Of a DNA stretch of 64,000 nucleotides, positions 51,273 to 62,351 are shown one piece after another. The DNA lies in contig OZ024753.1 in assembly GCA_964016885.1 (NCBI GenBank), forward strand, positions 20,956,001 through 21,020,000. Direction: 5' to 3'. A program made the position numbers and the translations under genes. The notes beneath the pieces are model-generated. The model was given only the letters and a program-made list of their open reading frames with translations, had not been told where the DNA came from and ran no database searches. The stretch is from Eledone cirrhosa (lineage: Eukaryota). Positions within the stretch are counted from its first letter, which is position 1. The number at the start of each line of letters is the position of its first letter.

Positions 51273-51956
51273 TCTAATTTTAAATTTTGCCCTCTTGTAT
51301 CGCTGTCAACTTAATAATATTTTTATTTTTTTATTTTCTTAATCCTTATTTTTTATTTGCTTACTTGTATGTGACGGTCTATTATGATTACTTATTCTTA
51401 TTTGTGTGCGTGCCTATGTATCCTTTTATATGTGAGTACGTATGCATGTGTGTATGTATGTATGTATGTATGTATGTGTATGTATGTATGTATATATATA
51501 TATGTATATATATATATATGTATGTGTGTGCATGTATATCCTAAACAGACGGTAGTCCGTTTAGTAATATTGTTGTGGTCGTGTTTTCGTTGGCAATCGT
51601 CTGTTTACGACAGTACAGCGCGGCTCTACTTTATTTAACTTAGATAAAACTTATATGAGCATGAACAGTAGATCATTACGCATCTTTTGGCTTAAAAATC
51701 TAGAAATTTGGTCCAGCGGGAAAAAGTTTATAATCAAAGTTTGCTGATAACTCTTGTGTTCAAGTGAGTGAGTAGTAAGCGTGACGCTAGGGGAGGTAAT
51801 CCAGAAATGACGTAGCTTTGTCATTAAGCCAGTTGCCTCAACTAGATTGCAATTATACTCAAAAGAACTTTTAAATGTCAATCACTTGTCAGTAATTCAC
51901 TATGATCATTTAATTATTAGATAGTTGTTGCTTGCATTGCCTTAAAAAATAGTAGA

Positions 51957-53041
51957 CCAGATAGAAAAATGCATACAGCAAAAAAAAGTAATATTGTTGG
52001 AATATAAACCTTTAAAAATACAGGACAAGAAACTAAAATAAAACTTTAAAAGAATAGGACAAGAAACTAAGATAAAACTTTAAAAGAATAGGACAAGAAA
52101 CTAAGATAAAACTTTAAAGAATTGGACAAGAAATAAAAAATGTTACAATAATATTAGTGGCAAAATTCTTTTATTCGTTTCCTGGGCTATGCCCCAGTAT
52201 CTTCTTGATTAGTGCATAATAATTGTCATGCTCTCATTGTGCGTTGCCCCTGAGCAGTTGGTTCTGGTTGGGGTTGGTTGGCTGAGCAGTTCTGTTCCGT
52301 CAGAATGACCATTGCAAGAAGAATTGGCCGATGCAGCTGCAGGTCTCCTCCAAGAATGCACTTCTGGTCCCGCAACACCAGACGAAGATGGAGAAGACGA
52401 CCGGGACAGGATGTCGACTCTGACCACCGACTATGGCACCTCCCTCAACCACCGGTCCTCCCTCCCTCTGTCCCGTCATCCCTCCAGTCCTCCTGCTCCC
52501 CCTTCCTGTACCAGAAAGCTGTGGCACGCATTCATCTGGACTGCCAGACTTGAACTCAAAGACAAGATGCAAGGAGAAGATGGACGGGTTGGTCAAGATC
52601 AAGGATGAGCGGGACGACAAGACCGTCCGCTGCTGCTCAAGATCTGTGCTCATGGGTCCATTCGCATTATGCATGACACATGAGGCGTGTCGCCGAATGA
52701 TGAAATAGGGGTATGGTTATGGCCCAATTGGTGTTCAAACCAGGATCAAATGATCCCCCCGGTCTGATGACGACCTCTGAATGTGGAACCCAGAGCCTAT
52801 GAATGTGGAACTCGATTTTTTACCAATAAAAATTTTGCCACTAATATTATTGTAACATTTTTTATTTCTTGTCCAATTCTTTAAAGTTTTATCTTAGTTT
52901 CTTGTCCTATTCTTTTAAAGTTTTATCTTAGTTTCTTGTCCTATTCTTTTAAAGTTTTATTTTAGTTTCTTGTCCTGTATTTTTAAAGGTTTATATTCCA
53001 ACAATATTACTTTTTTTTGCTGTACGCATTTTTCTATCAGG
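51957..53041. mobile_element. Element with ~215-bp inverted arms (51957-52175 and ~52824-53041) containing ~35-bp subrepeats around a GC-richer core
   Basis: The arms are near-perfect reverse complements. Subrepeat aggacaagaaactaagataaaactttaaaagaat occurs 3-4 times per arm. Confidence 0.8.
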
Positions 53042-53419
53042 TATGTATATATATATGTGTGTGTTGGTGTATTTATGTATGGATATATATGTATATATAT
53101 GTGTGTGTGTATACGTGTCTCTGTGTATATATATGTGTATATACGCGTGTATATGTATATATGTGTATATACACATATACACGCGTATATACACAGAGAC
53201 ACGTATACACACATATATATGTGAGTGTGTGTGTGTACGTGTGTGTTGTGTTATATATTCTTATTTATTATTTCCTCTCCTTTTTTTCCTCCAGCCTCAC
53301 TTTCATATCTGTTATATTTTTGTTTTTCAAATCCACTGTCAAATAAAGACACCAGGATTTTTTCATTCTGATGAAACCACTGGTAAATGAAATAATTATC
53401 TTATGTTGTTTATTACATT

Positions 53420-53690
53420 ATTTTATTGATCCCATAAGGTTGAAAGGCAAAGCTAACCTAGGTAATAATAATTGTTTCTACTTTTGGCACAAGGCCAGCA
53501 AATACTCAGTACATTACTGGTACTTTATTGTACTGGGTAATTGCTGGGTTATTATTATAATGGTTTCTGATTTAGACAAAAGGCCTACAATTTTGGAGGG
53601 AAAAGTCGATTAAATTGACACCAGTGTTTAACTGGTATTTTATTGTACCTGTAAGAATGAAAGGTAAACCTAACCTCGGAGGGATTTGTT
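53420..53690 (-). mobile_element. Cluster of decayed family-2 SINE fragments
   Basis: tgaaaggcaaag, tgtttctacttttggcacaaggccagc and aacctcggagggatttg motifs. Confidence 0.6.
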
Positions 53691-55724
53691 ACATATTTTA
53701 CTATATAGTTTTGCATATAAGAGGGGAAATTTTCTGTTAGATTAAGATTCTAAATATATAGGAACTCATCACATACAGAAGGTTTTCTGGTCAAATAACG
53801 ATTGATTTTAAGAGATTTTGTGAGGGAAAATATTGTTGGCATTAGGAAGGGCATCCAGCCATAGAAACCAAATTAAAATCAGTTCTGTTTGAGAAAGACA
53901 CAGTCACCTGTTCTGGCTTACCTCATAATGAGTCAACTCATCTAACCCATACTCATGTGAATAAAAGGACAGTAAATGATGATGATGAAAGCAAGTATAC
54001 GTGCTTCAAATTTGGTATATTCCACTGAAATTACCATAATAACTGTTTATTTTGTGAAATATACACCAATAACCACTTCTATATGAAATTGATATACAAG
54101 ATGGTTTTGTTTATAATATTAGTATTTTTTTATTTCTTATATTATTTTTTTTGTTCTTTACTTTTGTGGAAAAATATGAAATGATTTAGTAGGCATTTTG
54201 TTTGTTGTTGACTTTTGGCATTTGATATGCAATAAAACTATAACATAATTAAATTAGTGTTTATACTTTAAATTTGTATTCCTCATGTCAATGATATAAA
54301 TGGTTGTTGTTCATTAGTTTATAAACTGTAAATCTATCCCAACATCATACCACAGAAGAAAAAGCAAAACTACTTCTTCACTCACTTATTCCTGAGAAGG
54401 TCGTTGGGGAAGAGTTTGCAAACACTCCTTCTAGAGGATCCTGTCAGAAACAACTATCGCCAGTTGATCCTGCTGGATCCCCAGGATTGCTATGATATGA
54501 AATTCTAACTGCAAGCATTTACTGTTCAATAGCAGATGTATATATATATATAAAGTCTGTCTCGAGCTTATCCCAGTTTCTGTGGCAACTAAGGGTACAA
54601 GATTCCTCCCTAGCGAGCTATTGTACGCATTTTCAGTTGAGTATACTGGAGCAACATGAAATGTTCATGAACATAACACTACTACTGCCCAGCTCTCCAG
54701 AGGGTTTCTTCTCTTAAGACATTACTGCTGCCCAGCTCTCCTGAGAGTTTGTTAATACCACATTCATATGTTTTATTCATATTTTTATTCATATTTTCTA
54801 CACAGGCTTTGTTTTCCCATTCCGTTATTTTCAGTTTTTCATGATATTTTCCCCCCTGTCATATATTTTCTGTCTTAGATATTTCTGTGACCTTGTTCAT
54901 GTTTATTTTTTCTGTTTCTTTTCTCAGTCTCATTTCTGTCACCTGTACTCTACAGCAATTTCTGATCATCTCAACTATTAAATTATGCTTCACCTCCATT
55001 TAAGACTCTCCTATTCTCCATACCCCACCCATACACCTCCTCTTATTAACCCAGTTATATTTTGTGTCATATCCCAAATTAATCATTACTGCCCTCTGGA
55101 ATTATTGCTGCTACTGTTGTTGATATTGCTGTTATCATCACTATCACCATCATTACTGCCATCATCATCATCACCACAGACACTCCTGTCATTAATAATT
55201 ACTTTTCTTTCATTTTCCACATAATCCCATGTAATATATTCCAAATTCTTCCTTACAAAAATAATAACAAAAAACAAAAGCCTTTAGTAGAAACAAAAGT
55301 TTTCTTTCATAAATAATGTTTATACAACTATCCTATTTTTGAAAAAGACAATTTTTTTGTTATAAACCCACAAACCAGAAAGTATTTCTGTCATAAATAT
55401 ATCTTTTTTTGTTTGTTTTTAATGAGAACAATAATTCTTTGCAGAAATATTCTCCAATGATCACATCATAATATTTGATGGGGTAAAAATCAAAACAAAA
55501 ACAACACATACACACACAAATCGTCCATCTTTTAAGGAATCGTATTTCATCTCTACGTCCATTAATAACTTCTATTGAATACCATAAATAGCTTTTGTTG
55601 AAGCAATATGTAAACACCAGAGGAAGGAAGAAAAAGGTAACACTATACTTTTTAATAGTGTACCCTTGTGATGAAAACTTTAAACAAAAAAAAAACGTTT
55701 AATATATGTTTTCTTTTTCTTTTG

Positions 55725-56797
55725 TTTCCTCATTCTATGTCCCAAATGCAAACTATGGGTACATAAAAGATGTAAGTGGGATCACAGGCAGGCTATCAAG
55801 GAACGTAGGTTTTATATGTGGCTGATACACAGGTGCAGTATGTAAGCAAGTGCCTACAGGATACTAGCTCCATTAAATGCCCAGACAGTTTTGTAGAAAT
55901 AGTCGACACTTTCCGTTACCTGGGTGATGAAATCAGCAGTGGAGGAGGGTGTTCCAAAAATACAGTAGCTAAAGGAAGAACAGTATGGAAGAGGCAGGGA
56001 GCTATTACCGCTGTTAGCTACAAAAGGTTTTTCCCTTAAATTGAAGGGAAGATTGTACAATGCATGTATACGAACAGCAATGTTACATGGTAGTGAGACC
56101 TGGGTACTGTGTGCAGAGGACCTGCGAAGATTGGAAAGAAATGAAGCATGCATGCTCCGATGGATGTGTAATAGTAATATACATGAACAGCAAAACGTAA
56201 TTGAACTAAGTGAGAAGCTAGGCATAAGAGGAATAAGATGCAGTATACTAGAGTATACTAGAGAGGAGATTGAGTTGGTACAGTCATGTGATGCGTATGA
56301 AAACGACAGTTGTATAAAAATGTGCAGGACGATCAAAATTGATGGAAGCTATGAAGTAGGATGACCCAGGAGGAGTTTGAATGAGGTGTTAAAAGCTGAT
56401 CTTGCACAATTGCACCTCTCAAAGACACAGGATCGAGATCTTTGGCATTACGTAGCAATACAGAAGATACACCTTCCTATGTGCACGGACTCAAACACAC
56501 ATCTTGTAGGCACTTCTTAACCACTATACTCCCTTCCATATACCCCCACGCCCCTACACTCACCCTCCCACACCATGACAAAAAGCACTCAGTCCACACT
56601 GTAAAGTGGTCATATAGGTGTCACGACAAAAAGCATCCAGCACACACTGTAAATGTGGTTGGCATTAGGAAGTGCATCCAGCCATAGAAATCTAGCCAGA
56701 AACAGTTCTATATGAGCAAGACATGGTCACCTGACCCAACTTGCCTCTAACCCATGTTAGCATGGAAAGTGGACATTAAATGATGATACTGATGATA
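55725..56797 (+). mobile_element. RTE-clade LINE 3' fragment
   Basis: CPKCKLWVHKRC, FRYLGD, KGRLYNACIRTAMLHGSETW, then UTR and (GAT)n. Confidence 0.88.
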
Positions 56798-57116
56798 TTC
56801 TATTTTAAACATTTTTTTTTTACTTTTATTTATTTTGTTTATTTTTAATTGTTTTAAAGGCTTTTTATTTCGGTGTTTGTGGGTGGGAGAAGGTCATATG
56901 TGCTACTATCTTCTCATTATTGTAGAGAAATATTTCTAAGCTATTGGCAAAATATTGAATGCAATGGTTCTATATTGATGACAAAGGGCAGTTACCTTTG
57001 AATAAATTCACACATACAAGGCATGAAATATCAATGTTAGGTAATTACACAAATGTGTTCATGTGAGCAAGACAAAGGTATATAAAATGAAGCGAAATGT
57101 AGGTGGTAAAGGGATA

Positions 57117-57329
57117 TTGGATTGGCAGTATCAGTAGAGCATCGGACACCTTGCTTTATGGTATAGAGTTACGCCCCTTTACGTTCTGAGTTCAAATCCC
57201 ACTGAGTTTAGTTTTGCCTTACATCCTTATGGAGTTAATAAAGTAAAGTAGCTGTCATGCACTGGGGGATTTAATCGACTTCTTCTCTCCCAAAATTGCT
57301 GGCCTTGTGCCTAAATCAGAAACCATTAT
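57117..57329 (+). mobile_element. SINE family 2
   Basis: Homologue of 12700. A further partial copy lies on the minus strand at ~57907-58032. Confidence 0.8.
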
Positions 57330-57417
57330 ACAAAGAAAGATGTTTAAAATTTCTATAAAATACAGATATATAATGAGTATACAAGAAATATACACTTTTT
57401 ACCTAAATATTTCCAGC

Positions 57418-57900
57418 CACAATCTGCCTGTATACACCAATACTATGAATATATACACCACAGTCTGCCTGTATACACCAATAGTATGGATATATACATC
57501 ACAACCTGCCTGTATACACCAATACTATGGATATATACACCACAACCTGCCTGTATACACCAATAGTATAGATATATACACCACAACCTGCCTGTATACA
57601 CCAATACTATGGATATATACACCACAACCTGCCTGTATACACCAATACTATGGATATATATACACCACAACCTGCCTGTATACACCAATACTATGGATAT
57701 ATACACCACAACCTGCCTGTATACACCAATACTATGGATATATACACCACAACCTGCCTGTATACACCAATACTATGGATATATACACCACAGTCTGCCT
57801 GTATACACCAATAGTATAGATATATACACCACAACCTGCCTGTATACACCAATACTATGGATATATACACCATAACCTGCCTGTATACACCAATAGTATG
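57418..57900. repeat. 41-bp minisatellite, about 12 units
   Basis: Unit cacaacctgcctgtatacaccaatactatggatatatacac, with no unique spacers. Confidence 0.95.
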
Positions 57901-58140
57901 AATGTAATTAATAATTGTTTCTACTTTTAGCAAGGCCAGCAATTTAATGGGAAAGTTGATTAAATTACCCCAGTGCCTTACTGGTACTTTATTTAATTGA
58001 TTCAATAAGGATGAAAGGCAAAGCTAACCTCAGTAGTCTGCACACTTGACCATTCCTTCAACCTGATATCTATTATATATATATAATATATATATAATAT
58101 TAAAAGGGAACAAACAATTGCATCATATACATATTTATTT

Positions 58141-58232
58141 ACATATTACATATGTTTCACTGCCGATCAGCTCAAGGAACGATCAATTAATGCTCGATCC
58201 TGACTCTGGCATCAGAAGCTCCTCAGATATGT
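58141..58232 (-). ncRNA. Type I hammerhead ribozyme with extended stem II
   Basis: acatat CTGAGGA gcttctgat...atcggcagt GAAAC atat GTA atatgt, followed by aaataaa. Stem I is a perfect 6 bp. Confidence 0.78.
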
Positions 58233-58242
58233 GTTCACATAT

Positions 58243-61180
58243 ATCATCATCATCATCATCATCATCGTTTAACGTCCATCTTCCATGCTTGCATGGGTTT
58301 GGACGGGAGTTTTCCCACTTGAGGCAAGATTGGTTGTCCTACTCGTATAGAACTGTCTGGCAGGTTTTCTACGGCTGGATGCCCTTCCTAACACCAACCA
58401 CATTTACAGTGTGGAACTGGGAGGTTTTTACCGTGTTACCTACACGGCCACATTACAGCGTGGACTGTGTGTTTTTTTTGTCGTGACACCTACACGGCTG
58501 GGTGCCCTTCCCAACACCAACCACGTTTACAGTGTGGACTGGGAGGTTTTTACCATGTTACTTACATGGCCACATTACAGCGTGGACTGTGTGTTTTTTT
58601 GTCGTGACACCTACACGACCTCATTTGTTTCGGACTGGATGGTATGGTACCAACATAACTTTACATTTAAGGGGGTGGTGTGGATGGGGTGGGGATAGTG
58701 GGACGGGGGTTAATTTTGTTAGAGGTGCCTACTGACTGTAGGTTTCGCTTTGTACTTAGGCAAGGTGGGTCTTCTGTATAACTGTGTAGCACCAAAGATC
58801 TCGGTCCAGTGACATTGTCTTGGAGAGGTGTAAGTGTGTGAGGTCGGAATTTATCAAGTTGTCCCAGGTTTTTCTGGGTCTGCCTACTCCATGGCTACCG
58901 TCTATTTTGATCGCCCTGCACTTTTTTATACAGCTGTCGTCTTTCATGCACATCACGTGACCGTACCAACGTAGCCTTCTCTCGAGTAAACAACATCTGA
59001 TCCCTCTTATTCCTAATTTCTCCCTTAGTTCGTTTATGCTTTGCCGTTCACGTATATTACTATTACACATCCAGCAGAGCATGCAAGCTTCGTTTCTCTC
59101 CAGTCTGCGTATATCTTCTGCACACAATGCCCAGGTCTCACTGCCATGTAACATTGCTGTTCGTATGCAGGCATCATACAGCCTGCCTTTCATTTTTAGA
59201 GAGACCCCTTTAGCGGCCAATAGTGGTATAAGCTCTCTGAACTTTTTCCATCCCATTCTGACTCTAGCTACTGTACTTTCAGAGCACCCTCCACCACTTT
59301 TGATATTGCCACCCAGGTAACGGAAGGTGTCCACTATTTCTATAGAACCATCTGTGTAATGGAATGAGCTAGTATTCTGTGGGCACTTGCTGCTACTTAT
59401 TGCACCAGAGCACCGGCCACATATAAAATCTATATTCTTAGTTAGCTTACCTGTGATCCCACTACATCTTTTATGCACCCATACTTTGCATTTGGGACAT
59501 AAAATGGAGTCTCTGCCTACTCCTTTCCTACACACTGATCATGGCCATTTCCCAGATGGGACCGGTGCCCTATTTTCCTTCCTACAAACTAGAACTTTAG
59601 TCTTAGACAAGTTAACTTTAAGGCCTTTTGATTCTAGGCCATGCTTCCATGTTTGGAATTTCTTCTCTAGTTCAGCCATTGATTCAGCTATGAGCGTCAG
59701 ATCATCTGCATATAGGAGTTCTCATGGGCAGCCGGTCTTGTACTACTCTGTTATAGCCTGAAGGGCAATAATAAATAGTAGGGGGATAAGAATGAGCCCT
59801 GATGAACACCAACTTTTACGCTAAACTCTTCACTATATTCATTGTTAATTCTAACCTTGCTGACTGTTTCTTTATACATGGCTTGTATAGCTCTCACAAG
59901 CCATTCATCAACACCTAGTTTTCTAAGAGCCCCCCAGATAATGGAGCGGGGGACTCTGTCAAAGGCCTTCTCCAAGTCAACAAAAGCTAAGTATAGGGGT
60001 TTACTTTTAGCTAGGTACTTCTCCTGTAGTTGTCGTACAATGAAAAGAGCGTCTGTGGTACTTTTACCTGACACAAACCCGAACTGCATTTCATCTAGAC
60101 CAATTCGTTCTCTGATTAGTTGCGCTATTACTTTTTCTGTGACCTTCACGACCTGGTCAATTAATTTAATGCCTCTATAGTTACCCCTATCTAGGGCATC
60201 TCCTTTACCCTTGTAGCAGTTAATGATGATGCTGCTACACCAGTCCTTCGGAACGGCCCCATTCTGTATGACTTGGTTTACTATCCCGGTGACCATAGTG
60301 TGTCCCACTGTTCCAGATGCTTTCAGCATTTCAGCAACTATTTCCGAAGGCCCAGTCGCCTTACCCGTCTTCATATCTTTGATTGCTTTACTTATTATAC
60401 TACCTTCAACTAACACTGCTGGTCCCTCTATTGGATCGATGTGGGGGAGACTGTCTTTCTCCCATTTATTCTCCTCATTTAGTAGCCTTTCGTAGTGACA
60501 CTTCCAAGCTACCTTCTTATCAGCATCAGTGATGGCAAGTACACCATCATCATTAAGGACACACTCCTCCCCGACAATATCATGGTTTTCCTTGACACAT
60601 TGCCTAGCAATCCTGAACACCTCACATTTTTGGTCCTCGTGTTGTAGAACATGCTTGAACTTTCTTTCCTCTGCTTTCCCTTCTTGCGAAGTACACTTGT
60701 CTCCTAGCTTCCCTCCTGGCCACTTGATAGTCTTCTCTACTTCCCCCATCCCGCCATACTTTCCAAGCCTGCTTTTTGGCCTTAATTGACTCCTCCACCT
60801 TACTGTTCCACCACCACGTTACTCTCCTCCTGCCTATAGGCCTGCTCCAGCCACAGACTTCATCTGCCGCCTTCAGTAGGTTAGCTTTCAGGAATCCCCA
60901 CTGTTCCTCTATATTGTACGACTCTAATTGTTCTTCCTTACTGTCGAAAGCATCAAGTAATATGCTTTTAAATTTATTACTGGCTGTGGGGTCCTTTAGC
61001 TTCCATATTTTTCTCCTGAGGATAGTCCTCCTCTGTTGTCGAGTAGGTCTCGTCCTGACTATGAGGTCGCTGACTATGAATCTATGTTGGGAGGTGCATT
61101 CTTCATGGGGGAGGGATTTAGTGTTTACAACAGACACTCTATCACGTCTTCTGGTAGGGATATAATCTATCTGACTATAA
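58243..61180 (-). mobile_element. RTE-clade LINE (APE C-terminus to tail), least decayed copy
   Basis: Long ORFs 60622-61137, 59751-60749 and 58756-59535 with FVDLEKAFDRV, VHQG, LLYADD, Cys-rich insert and RRLRWYGHV. Confidence 0.93.
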
Positions 61181-61564
61181 TCTATCTCTCTCGATATATA
61201 TATATATAATCACTCCTTTATTTTTACTCCTATCTTAACTCCTTTATATTTAATTTGTATTGTACTAGGTTCAAACAATTTCAAGTTATATTTATTCCAC
61301 TACTAAAAACAATAATGGTCTTATCAAAACAAAATATCCTAATTATCTAATAAAAACACAATACTCATTGTTAAAACAAAATATTTAACAACAAAACCAA
61401 GTCTTTTGAACTGTAAAGGTCGGCTTGTTACCCTTTAGCATATTCATATGAATATATGAGCAATTATTGCCAATAAGATTTCACTCCTCAAAAAATTACC
61501 TCCAATAAAGTGTCAAAATGTATTAGCCTAATGAACTTAAAACTAAAAAAAAATTAATAATTAT

Positions 61565-61750
61565 AATAATTGTTTCTACTTTAGGCACAAGGCCAGCAAT
61601 TACCCAGTGCATTACTGGTATTTTATTTTATCGACCCCGTAAGGATGAAAGGCAAAGTCAACCTCGGCGGGATTTGAACTCAGATCGTAAAGGGACGTAA
61701 CTATGCTGGAAAGCATGGCGTCCGACCCTCTACCGATACTGCCAATCCAA
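61565..61750 (-). mobile_element. SINE family 2
   Basis: Homologue of 12995-13183, with aattataataat on both sides. Confidence 0.85.
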
Positions 61751-61933
61751 ATTATAATAATAAACAAATGTTTTTAAAGTTCTCATTGACCTCATGAATA
61801 TTGATACCGGCAGACTATACAGAAAACAACAGTGACAACAGAATATTTTATAATATTAGATCACGTTCGGTTAAAAATAATTTTTAAATAATACTCAGAC
61901 ATGTATATAATGCAAAATGAAATTGGAAGGCCC

Positions 61934-61967
<34 letters not shown>

Positions 61968-61974
61968 ATATATA

Positions 61975-62132
61975 CATGAGGTTGGTGTTAGGAAGGGAAT
62001 CCAGCTGTAGAAATCAAGCCAAAATCAGTTCCCGTATGAGCAAGACAAGGTCACCCGACCTGGCATTGCCCACAACAGGACAACCCATCCAACCTATGCT
62101 AGTATGGATGTAAAACGTTGATGATGATGATA
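61975..62132 (+). mobile_element. Isolated RTE 3' tail
   Basis: Matches 22205-22375. Confidence 0.8.
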
Positions 62133-62351
62133 TATGCGGGTGTCACAAACACATACACACACATACACATATATATTTGAAAAGAGTCAGGATCCCCGAT
62201 GGCTGAGCTCCAGCCGTTTCAGCAGCTAGGTCCAAAATCACATATATATATATAGTTTCAGAAGATCCCATTAAGGGTGAAAGCAGCGATTCTTTGCTTA
62301 AACTTTAATCTGTTCTTATAATAAATATTTGCTCTACAGGTTTATATATAT

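Noticed and set aside
54388-55575. Possible small host exons on the minus strand (~55510-55570, ~55203-55251, ~54388-54442) with AG/GT boundaries
   Set aside because: Phases do not chain into a convincing open frame and the peptides are unrecognised. RNA-seq would be needed.
56860-57040. Possible plus-strand exon after a long polypyrimidine tract, ending at ag/gtaatt
   Set aside because: All three frames contain stops. It could be a UTR or non-coding exon but cannot be supported from sequence alone.
57418-57900. CRISPR-like array
   Set aside because: Contiguous tandem units with no unique spacers, no cas genes, and a eukaryotic context.
58756-59560. PHD-like Cys-rich domain as a captured host gene
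   Set aside because: It is present at the same position in the other copies of this RTE family that cover the region, so it is a constitutive part of the ORF.
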